Positions 20,631 to 28,316 of a DNA stretch of 64,000 nt are shown here, one piece after another (the stretch's first letter is position 1; each line of letters starts with the position of its first letter). The notes under the pieces were generated by a model that was not told the DNA's origin, made no database searches, and saw only the letters and a list, made by a program, of their open reading frames with translations. This stretch comes from an uncultured Acidobacteriota bacterium. GTDB taxonomy: Bacteria > Acidobacteriota > Thermoanaerobaculia > Multivoradales > JAHEKO01. The position numbers and the translations under genes are program-made. The stretch spans positions 384,001 through 448,000 of the forward strand of contig CAVQNG010000003.1 in assembly GCA_963713825.1 (NCBI GenBank), given 5' to 3'.

Positions 20631-21226
20631 TGCAAACCCCCTTCGAGGGTTGTTGCCAGTTGTTTGTAGGCGCGCGCGAGGCGCTTGCGGATGCCGACGG
20701 GGGAGAGCCCTTGGTGTCTGGCGATCTCGGCGACCGACAGCTCAGCCCAGAACCGCGCTGTCACAGCGAATCGGAGCTCATCGGGAAGCTCCAGAACAGC
20801 ACGTCGAAGCCGTTCGGCCTCGGCGCTCCTCGCTGTCGCTTCATCGGGGGTCTCGTCTGGATCGAGGAGTTGGTCGATCTGCTCCTCGGTCATCGGCTCG
20901 AGCCTTCTTGGACCCCGGATGTGATTCAGAAAGGTGTTGTACGCGATGCGATACAACCAGGTAGAGAACTTGCTGTTACCCCGGAACTTGCCGATCGACC
21001 GCCAGGCTTTGCGGTAGGTCTCTTGAGTGAGGTCGGCAACCAGCTCCTCGTCGCCGCCAGTGAGTCGGCACAACGATGCGAAGACGGCACGGTACGTACA
21101 GCGTGCCAGCGCATCCGCCGCGTCGAGGTCTCCCTTCGCGGCTCTTGGCCAGAGGACTGCCTCGTCGTCGGCCATCGGAGGCGGGCCACCTGGGTCGGGT
21201 GTTTCCACTGCGCTTATGCTCTCCAT
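20627..21226 (-). CDS. ECF RNA polymerase sigma factor
   Basis: DLTQETY, FSTWLYRIAYN, region 4 HTH. Confidence 0.9.
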   Translation of the reverse strand: MESISAVETPDPGGPPPMADDEAVLWPRAAKGDLDAADALARCTYRAVFASLCRLTGGDEELVADLTQETYRKAWRSIGKFRGNSKFSTWLYRIAYNTFLNHIRGPRRLEPMTEEQIDQLLDPDETPDEATARSAEAERLRRAVLELPDELRFAVTARFWAELSVAEIARHQGLSPVGIRKRLARAYKQLATTLEGGLQ

Positions 21227-21232
21227 GCCTAG

Positions 21233-21261
21233 TTAGACATAGAACGAGGCGAAAAGGAAAC
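21233..21261 (-). promoter_or_regulatory. Putative ECF promoter, probably leaderless
   Basis: GTTTCC-N17-GTCTAA ending 6 nt before ATG 21226; no SD sequence. Confidence 0.45.
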
Positions 21262-21384
21262 TCGCGGTCGGAGCTGATCAGCCGATGCTCCGGGCTCGAT
21301 CACCAGGTGCAGAGGCCGAGGTGGAGATCCGACTTCGTTTCAGCAGCAATGGCGAAATCAGGATTACTGAAAAACGATGAGGAT

Positions 21385-21416
21385 TTATTGTTTATCAATA
21401 ATTTCTTAGATATAAT
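21385..21416 (+). promoter_or_regulatory. Sigma70 promoter with an overlapping palindromic operator
   Basis: TTGTTT-N17-TATAAT; palindrome TTATTG-N5-CAATAA at 21385-21401; weaker copy at 21364-21380. Confidence 0.7.
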
Positions 21417-21445
21417 GGCACTTCCTGACACGGGAGGGTATACCG

Positions 21446-22126
21446 ATGAGTGCCAAGAGCAAGAATCTGCCCGTTCGCGTTCTGAAGATCTGGTTCGACG
21501 TCGCGCTTGTCCTTGGTGGCGCAGCCACTGTCGTCTTTCTGCTGTGGTTGACACTCTCACCGTTTCTGATGGCCGGCGGCGACCTGCAAGCCGACGCCAC
21601 GGTGCGCGTGGTTGTGGGAGAACGAAGCTGGATTCCTGTCTACGCGCTGGAGTTCATCCCGATGGGGGACTCTGGCGATTTCTGGATGGAAGAGGCCCGC
21701 CTGGTCAAAGCCGGCGGGGAGCTACGGTTTCTCACCACGAGCTGGTGGCTACACTTCGCCTCGCTCGGCGAAATCATGCTGGGCGCGATCATCGTCCTCT
21801 ACATAATCTGGAGCCTGCGCAAACTCCTTGTCAACGTGCTCGATGATCGGCCGTTCGCAGCCGCCAACGGGCAGATCCTGCGCCGGTCCGGCTTCATCAT
21901 CTTGATTGTGGGCGCTGTTTGGCCGGTGGCGGACTTTGCTCTCTCCGACTACGTTCTGTCGCGCATCGATGTCGCCAACATCGATCTTCGCCCGGCCATC
22001 ACTCTCGACAAGAACGTCTTCGTCGTCGGTCTCTTGTTCCTCGTCTTCGGCGCCATCCTGACTCACGGCCACGAGCTCCAGGAGCACGAACGGGCGCTGG
22101 AAGAAGAGCAGGCCTTCACCATCTAG
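21446..22126 (+). CDS. DUF2975 membrane protein
   Basis: Four TM segments, PF..AN motif, C-terminal LEEEQAFTI; paired with an HTH gene. Confidence 0.85.
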   Translation: MSAKSKNLPVRVLKIWFDVALVLGGAATVVFLLWLTLSPFLMAGGDLQADATVRVVVGERSWIPVYALEFIPMGDSGDFWMEEARLVKAGGELRFLTTSWWLHFASLGEIMLGAIIVLYIIWSLRKLLVNVLDDRPFAAANGQILRRSGFIILIVGAVWPVADFALSDYVLSRIDVANIDLRPAITLDKNVFVVGLLFLVFGAILTHGHELQEHERALEEEQAFTI

Positions 22127-22143
22127 ACGGACGAGCGATCACA

Positions 22144-22356
22144 ATGCCCATCCAAGTGAACCTCGACCTGATGCTGGTGAAACGCAAGGTGTCGCTCACC
22201 GAGCTCGCAGATCGCGTCGGCATCACCATCGCCAACCTGTCGATCCTCAAGACAAACAAGGCTCGGGCGGTTCGCTTCTCCACTCTCGCGGCGCTTTGTC
22301 GCGAGCTCGATTGTCAGCCGAGCGATCTGCTGGAATACGTTGACGACATTCAGTAA
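22144..22356 (+). CDS. XRE/Cro HTH regulator (YozG-like)
   Basis: MPIQVNLDLMLVKRKVSLTELADRVGITIANLSILKTNKARAVRFSTL...CQPSDLLEY. Confidence 0.92.
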   Translation: MPIQVNLDLMLVKRKVSLTELADRVGITIANLSILKTNKARAVRFSTLAALCRELDCQPSDLLEYVDDIQ

Positions 22357-22419
22357 GCCGACTGCAATCTGGCCTCCGCTCACTCTGCTCCGAGACACTC
22401 TTGTGCAGTCGGGAAGATC

Positions 22420-24003
22420 CTATTCCTGGCGACCGAACAGGCCCATGGACTTGACCAATCTCGACTCGATCGGCCATCGGGTCTCGAGGTTGGAGACGCG
22501 ATACCGTGCCACCGGGTAATAGAGCTTGGCCAACGCGACCACCAGGGGATTCGTCTTCTTGTACGGATTGACGAAGTGTCCCTTGCCCAGGAACATCAGA
22601 GGAAAATCAAGCGCCGTGATCATCTTCTTGGTGGCAGCCGGCAGCCAGGGTGAATCAGCTGCCACGTTGCGGAAGTTGAAGTGCCCCCACCCCTCGAGGG
22701 TTGCGGGCTCGCGCAATCCCTGCTCGACACAGACGTCGTACAACTGTGTTCCCGGGTATGGCGTGTAGATGTTGAAGGTCTTGACGGCTCTGGGGTTCTC
22801 GTCCGTGAGCTGGACCGCCAGCTGAATACTCTCTTCGAGCTCTGCGGGGGTCTCCGAGGGCAGTCCCATCATGAACAGGTAGATGGGCACGATCGGATAG
22901 GGAATCAGCTTCCTATTGGCCTCGATTACCTGCTCTACGGTGACGTCCTTCTTGATCAAGTCGAGAAGCCGTTGGCTGCCGGACTCGACCCCGACTGTGA
23001 GGCGCTTGACCTTCGCCTGAACCAGGAGCTCCAGAAAGTCCTCATCCATCTTGCAGATGGTGTCCGCTCGGATCTGCAGCTTGCTGATGGAGATGTCCAG
23101 GTCGGCACGAACGATGGCCTCCAAGATGGACCGCGCCCGCTTCATGTCGATGAAGAAGTGGTCGTCGGTAAACAGGAATCCACGGATGTCGTGGTCAGTG
23201 ATGATGCGTTGCAGCTGCTCGAGTACGGTATCCGGCTGCATCGCTCGCCATTTCCGCTTGTGCATCACCGGGTCCCAACAGAAGTTACAGCGGAAGGTGC
23301 AGCCCCGGCTGGAATTGAAACTGACGTGATCGATGCCAAAGAGCCGCCGTCGATAGCGGTTCATGTCGATCAGATGGTAGGAGAGAGGCGCCTGCTCGTC
23401 CATATTCACGAAGGGCCGCTCGCCGGTCCACCGGAAGCCGTTGGACTCCACCACTGGACCAGCGCAGGAGCTGTCGGCTTGGGGTTTCAGGACAGGCAGG
23501 ATCGATCCAGCCTCGGCGCGCACAGTGCCGGAAGCGGCGGAAGTCTCTCCATCTTCCTTGTACCAGATGCCGGCGACCTGGCTCAGCGGCGTCCCTGACT
23601 CCAGAGCTTTGACCAACTCCAGAAACGTCTCTTCGCCCTCACCCACGACGACGATATCCACCAGGGGATGCGACAGGGTCTGCTGCGGCATCAGGCTGGC
23701 GTGAACGCCTCCCCAAACGATCGGCACGTCAGGGTGTCGCTTGCGCACCAACCTGCAACCTTCGAGCGCATGCCAGATCTGAGGTCCCGTCATACAGGTG
23801 ACACCGAAGCAAATCGGCCGCTCCTCGATGCCAGCCAACAACTCCTGCTTCCAATCTGGATTGGCAAACTCGTCGATGATCTGGATGCGGTAACCGAGGC
23901 GATCCAATGGCGTCGCCGTGCACAACAGGCTCAAGGGCAGCTCCACCCGTCGCTGCACTTGCTTGCCTGCCCTCGGCGCTGGATTGAAAAGTACGATGTC
24001 CAT
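22420..24003 (-). CDS. B12-binding radical SAM protein
   Basis: N-terminal B12 domain (WGGVHAS, VVGEGE), SRGCTFRCNFC, GVESGS, MGLPSET, TPYPGT. Confidence 0.92.
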   Translation of the reverse strand: MDIVLFNPAPRAGKQVQRRVELPLSLLCTATPLDRLGYRIQIIDEFANPDWKQELLAGIEERPICFGVTCMTGPQIWHALEGCRLVRKRHPDVPIVWGGVHASLMPQQTLSHPLVDIVVVGEGEETFLELVKALESGTPLSQVAGIWYKEDGETSAASGTVRAEAGSILPVLKPQADSSCAGPVVESNGFRWTGERPFVNMDEQAPLSYHLIDMNRYRRRLFGIDHVSFNSSRGCTFRCNFCWDPVMHKRKWRAMQPDTVLEQLQRIITDHDIRGFLFTDDHFFIDMKRARSILEAIVRADLDISISKLQIRADTICKMDEDFLELLVQAKVKRLTVGVESGSQRLLDLIKKDVTVEQVIEANRKLIPYPIVPIYLFMMGLPSETPAELEESIQLAVQLTDENPRAVKTFNIYTPYPGTQLYDVCVEQGLREPATLEGWGHFNFRNVAADSPWLPAATKKMITALDFPLMFLGKGHFVNPYKKTNPLVVALAKLYYPVARYRVSNLETRWPIESRLVKSMGLFGRQE

Positions 24004-24015
24004 TGCGCTCCTGAC

Positions 24016-24996
24016 TCAGTCTTCCGACGTTTCGCCTCTATTGGCCCCCGCCGGTGCGCTCTGAAGGCGACGCTCGCCGCCCACCAGGTCGGGATTGAAC
24101 GCTTCGAACTCGGCGGGCTCGGCAAGATGGCTCGGGGATCGATGATCGAAAGCGTACTCTCCTACCACCGGGGCCAGGCCAGACACCGGAACACCGCTCC
24201 TTTCAGCGACCAATTTGGACACGGGACGAAGCTGAGACAGGTCGATTCCGGTCTCGAAGCCCTCACGCCCGAGGAGCACCGCCACCTGCTCGAGACTGGC
24301 ATTGCCCGCCCGGTCGCCCAGTCCATTGATGGTCGCATCGATAACCGACGCACCCGCCAGAACCGCGGCCAAGGAGTTCGCGGTGGCCAGGCCCAAGTCG
24401 TTGTGACCGTGAAAGATCACCGTCGTACCCAGCTCTCCGACCAAACGGCCGACGATCTCGCGAACGCCAAACGGCTCGGCGCTGCCGTTGGTGTCGTAGA
24501 AAGTGATTCGCCCGGCACCGGCAGCGGCCGCCTGGCCAGCGATGTCAACGACAAAATCCTCATCGGTCTGGCTGGAGTGGGGAAACCCCACACCGACGTC
24601 GGAAAAGTGCTGGCAGGCCCAGGACAGAGCCTCCAGCATCATGGATACCTTGCCCTTGCGGGATGTGGGCTCACGCCTGGCCGACAACGGCACGAGCAGG
24701 TCGATACGATCGAGAAGGGCCGCAGCCTGCTCCACCTCACCTCGGAACTCAGGGGACGAAGCGTAGATCAACCCGGAGAGACGCAGACCGACCGCCGACT
24801 CCCGAAGCGCGCGGACAACTTCGAGGTCCGCCTCGACGCGGCTTGGCGCGACGACCTCTGCCTCCGCAACACCCAGCTGAGCCAAGGCCGTGGCAATCTC
24901 AGTCCGAGCTGCCATGTCGAACCACACCCCAGGGGTGTCCATGGCCTCCCTCAGGGTCGAGTCTCGCAGGATGATATGGCGCTTTGAATCCGGCAA
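24016..24996 (-). CDS. Homocitrate/isopropylmalate synthase-like DRE-TIM enzyme lacking the regulatory domain
   Basis: DSTLRE, HGHNDLGLATAN, GLGDRAGNA; GAGGAG RBS before TTG 24996. Confidence 0.85.
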   Translation of the reverse strand: MPDSKRHIILRDSTLREAMDTPGVWFDMAARTEIATALAQLGVAEAEVVAPSRVEADLEVVRALRESAVGLRLSGLIYASSPEFRGEVEQAAALLDRIDLLVPLSARREPTSRKGKVSMMLEALSWACQHFSDVGVGFPHSSQTDEDFVVDIAGQAAAAGAGRITFYDTNGSAEPFGVREIVGRLVGELGTTVIFHGHNDLGLATANSLAAVLAGASVIDATINGLGDRAGNASLEQVAVLLGREGFETGIDLSQLRPVSKLVAERSGVPVSGLAPVVGEYAFDHRSPSHLAEPAEFEAFNPDLVGGERRLQSAPAGANRGETSED

Positions 24997-25031
24997 TGGA
25001 GAATCTCCTCGGGAGAACGGCCCTGCTCGGG

Positions 25032-26219
25032 TCAGTCCCCCGCCTCCCACTCCTCGGCCCACGCTTCCGGAACAACCTTACCGTCCGGCCTACCTGTACC
25101 GCTGGTGAGACACACCAGGACTCGGGTGCCGGCGGCAATCCGGCCGGCGGCAATCTCTTTCAGCGTCCCGGTCAGTGCCAGCAGGCCCGTCGTTTCCACG
25201 ATCTCTCCTTCTCGGACGAATATGTTCACGCCTGCTGCCGCCAGGACGTCCAAGATCCCGGCACCGTCGAATTCGTCCTCCAGTAGACGTCTGAAGTCTG
25301 CCGAGTCTACAAGAGTCAGATCACCTTTCGTCTCGCCCAGAATTCCGCGCAACTCCTCGACCGTACCGTAGCTTTGCGGGCTGGCGTCATACATGACACG
25401 GGTCAGGAGCCGCCCCGTTGAATCGATCTCTGAACCGACCTCTCCCGCTCCGGCGCCCGTGTCAGTACCCCGTAGGGCGCGATACATGGGGCAATTGGGG
25501 GCTTGCTGGACACCGAGAAAGCTCGGCAGTCGACCCAGGTCGTGCTTGTGCTGGCGCAGCACCCGAAAGATGCCGATGGGGGCAAAGGCTGCGCTGATGG
25601 TCTGGGCCAGAATGTCGAACCGCAACCCAGAGAGCATGGCTTCGAGCAGGAAGCTGCCGATGAACGTCGATGCCTCCAGGCGCCACTCGGGCTGCGGAAC
25701 CTTGGGGAGCCCCTCGCGCTTGCGAAGCTCACTGGCCACTTGCTTGACGCGGTGACGATCCCGCACAGCAATGAGATGCGTGGTCGTAGCCTCGAAGGCG
25801 GCACTGTCCAGGAGACTGAGATTCTCGCCTGGGAGAACCAGGTACGTCTCCAGTCCGACCCGCCTGCCGTAAATGGAAAGTGCTGTACCAGTGTTGCCGC
25901 CCGACTCGAACGCGACCTTCTGATACCCCCGCTGCAGCGACCTCGCGATCGAGACCGCTCCGTCGATCGACTTCAGGGTGTGCGTGTGCATCAGGGAGGT
26001 CTCATCCAGCACCGAAATCTCCACGTCGCGGTAGGTAAGGAGCGGCAAGATCCTCAGCCCCTCACGGATGCTCGTGCGTTCCAGGAGCCCCTTGAAAGCC
26101 TCATCGTCGGCTGGCGACTCCTCGAAGCGCAGGCAGTTCCGATACCGCAGAACCACGCTTTGCTCGCCGCTATGACGCCGATCGATAGCGCCCAGAAACT
26201 CACTCGCCGAAGAATTCAT
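25032..26219 (-). CDS. PLP-dependent fold-type II enzyme (threonine synthase-like)
   Basis: THTLKS (PLP Lys), ESGGNTG, GVQQ, VETTG, VLVCLTSG. Confidence 0.78.
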   Translation of the reverse strand: MNSSASEFLGAIDRRHSGEQSVVLRYRNCLRFEESPADDEAFKGLLERTSIREGLRILPLLTYRDVEISVLDETSLMHTHTLKSIDGAVSIARSLQRGYQKVAFESGGNTGTALSIYGRRVGLETYLVLPGENLSLLDSAAFEATTTHLIAVRDRHRVKQVASELRKREGLPKVPQPEWRLEASTFIGSFLLEAMLSGLRFDILAQTISAAFAPIGIFRVLRQHKHDLGRLPSFLGVQQAPNCPMYRALRGTDTGAGAGEVGSEIDSTGRLLTRVMYDASPQSYGTVEELRGILGETKGDLTLVDSADFRRLLEDEFDGAGILDVLAAAGVNIFVREGEIVETTGLLALTGTLKEIAAGRIAAGTRVLVCLTSGTGRPDGKVVPEAWAEEWEAGD

Positions 26220-26772
26220 GATGCGTCATCTCTGCCAGAGGCCGTAGTTGTTTGGTCGGGGGCGTCTCGTCCGGATAGCCAAGAGGGAGAAGGGTCACCA
26301 GCCGAATCCCCTCGGGTAAACGCAGGAGCTTACCGAGCTCCACTTCGAGGCCGCGATCGTGTGGCTGGTAGGCCGACAGATAGACGCTGCCGAGCCCCTT
26401 GTCTTGCGCCGCCAAGAGCAGCCATGCGGTGGCCAGAACGCCATTCTCCAGGTCGCGGCCAAAGGACCGGTCCTGATCCACCCCCACCGCCACAATCACC
26501 GGGGCCCGGGAAACAAAGTCGGCCAGGAAGGAGCTCTTCTCAGCTGGGCAGAAACGGTTCTTGAGCTCGCTGATCCGCCTCTTGGTCTCGGCATCACGGA
26601 CAACGACAAAGCACCACGGTTGCCCATTCATGGACGAAGGTGCCTGCCTCGCTGACTCCAGGATCTCTGTTATCACCGCCTCCGGCACGTCTCGAGTCTG
26701 GTAGCGGCGAATCGACCGGCGTTGCAGGACAACCTCTTCGAAATTCTGGGCTGACACAGTTCTCTCTCCCAT
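26200..26772 (-). CDS. Nitroreductase family flavoprotein
   Basis: RRSIRRY, APSSMNGQPW, GLGS, LGYP. Confidence 0.92.
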   Translation of the reverse strand: MGERTVSAQNFEEVVLQRRSIRRYQTRDVPEAVITEILESARQAPSSMNGQPWCFVVVRDAETKRRISELKNRFCPAEKSSFLADFVSRAPVIVAVGVDQDRSFGRDLENGVLATAWLLLAAQDKGLGSVYLSAYQPHDRGLEVELGKLLRLPEGIRLVTLLPLGYPDETPPTKQLRPLAEMTHHEFFGE

Positions 26773-26798
26773 CCGTGAAGATTCTCGATCCTGGAGGA

Positions 26799-28019
26799 CT
26801 ATAGTCGCAGTGACCTGCGAAAGTACGGCTTGGACAGAGCTCCCACCAGGGACACCGGTAGCCAGCCACGGCGGTGGCCTTCCAGTGCCAGGTTCATCAA
26901 ACGGGAGCTGGCCGAAGGATTCTCTGCTGCAGCCCTCACCGCCTGGTGTCGCTCCACGGCGATCGGCTCCGCGATCGAGCGCACGGTGAGCCCGCGGCTG
27001 TCGGCCTGCTCGAGAAGATCCGTCATCATTCTTCTCATCCAGTTGTCGATGAGGTTCGCTGCCTCCTGCAGGGCGATGCCGGCAAAATCCATCGTGCCGC
27101 CCAGGACTCCACCGCTGTTACACACGAAATCGGGAAGGTAGAGGTGGCCGCGATCGAAAAGAGCCGCCTCGGCTTCTGGAGTCGCCGGATTGTTGGCACC
27201 CGGACAGATGATGGGAGCAGCGATCCGAGAGACATTGTCCTGGTGCAGTGAGTAGTGCCGTGCACAAGGAAGAAGCAGGTCGACGGGCAACTCGAGCAGC
27301 TCATGGCGTTGCAGTACGAGCTTGGGGTCGTACTCTTTGACGATTCGGCTGCCCATTTCCCTTGCCATGCCCCGTAGTCGATCGATATCCAAGCCCTCGG
27401 GGTCGTAGAGAGCTCCCTGCGAGGTAGATATCGCCACCACCTTTGCACCGCGACTGCTAAGCAAATCTGCCACCACAGAACCCACACTTCCGAAGCCTTC
27501 GATCGCGACCTTGCTGCCTACAAGGCTGCCCTGCCGCCACTCCACGGCTGCCTGAGCGGCCGCCACACAGCTCACCGCGGTGTAGTAGCCGGAGTCCCTC
27601 CCACGCCACTCGCGGTGCTTCACCGCTAGACCGATGGAGCACATCATCGAGCGTATGTCCTCTCCTCGGGTGCCCAGGTCGGCATCGGGTTGATAAACCC
27701 TCTGCATGAGATAGGGACGAACAGCAGCTGCAAAGTCGCTCAACAACCGCTGCCTTTCCTCTGGTGGCGCTTCGGCATCGCCGCGAATTCCCGCCTTGGC
27801 TCCTCCCTGAGGCAATCCAAGGAGACCGTACTTCAGCGTCATCGCGCGGGCTGCCACGCACAGCTCGACCTCGCTGAGATCAGGAACGATCCGCAGGCCG
27901 CCCCGGGAGCACTCACCAATTGTGGAGTCGATGACGATGAAAGCCGCCGGGGACTCCCCGCCTCCGACCTCGATAACGCGCTGCTCGTCGCGCTGACGGC
28001 TCTCGACTTCCCAGGTCAT
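26799..28019 (-). CDS. Glu/Leu/Phe/Val dehydrogenase family protein
   Basis: GGLR, MTLK, GGAKAG, EGFGSVG, GANNP, PDFVCNSGGV. Confidence 0.9.
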   Translation of the reverse strand: MTWEVESRQRDEQRVIEVGGGESPAAFIVIDSTIGECSRGGLRIVPDLSEVELCVAARAMTLKYGLLGLPQGGAKAGIRGDAEAPPEERQRLLSDFAAAVRPYLMQRVYQPDADLGTRGEDIRSMMCSIGLAVKHREWRGRDSGYYTAVSCVAAAQAAVEWRQGSLVGSKVAIEGFGSVGSVVADLLSSRGAKVVAISTSQGALYDPEGLDIDRLRGMAREMGSRIVKEYDPKLVLQRHELLELPVDLLLPCARHYSLHQDNVSRIAAPIICPGANNPATPEAEAALFDRGHLYLPDFVCNSGGVLGGTMDFAGIALQEAANLIDNWMRRMMTDLLEQADSRGLTVRSIAEPIAVERHQAVRAAAENPSASSRLMNLALEGHRRGWLPVSLVGALSKPYFRRSLRL

Positions 28020-28276
28020 GACGGAACCTGCCGCACCACGAGCTTGAACTTCCGGGATTCTGGAGGTGGAAAGAAGTCAGTCTGGACCAGAGAAACATCC
28101 ATGTCTTCGTGTGTGAGGCGCCACAAAATCTGGAGCAATCACCACCGACTCGCCTCTGAGGCACTGTCTGGGTTCGCGCCTCCGTAGGGGAGAGCCATCA
28201 GGAATTCGGCAGTCAATTCAAGTGCGAACTGTACCAGTCTCTCTGGTTCCCTGGGACAGTAGATCCGGGTCGCCAG
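28016..28276 (-). CDS. Small protein with an in-frame UGA (candidate selenoprotein); start CTG 28276 or ATG 28198
   Basis: Single frame with TGA at 28141-28139, a hairpin just downstream, and an ATGA overlap with the dehydrogenase start. Confidence 0.5.
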
Positions 28277-28316
28277 GAGAGACTTCCGGATCGATGTCGA
28301 TCAGTACGATCAGGCG

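Noticed and set aside
28184-28207. GTAGGGGAGAGCC REP-like start inside the candidate selenoprotein ORF
   Set aside because: The second palindrome arm is poor; treated as coincidence, but it remains a caveat for that ORF.
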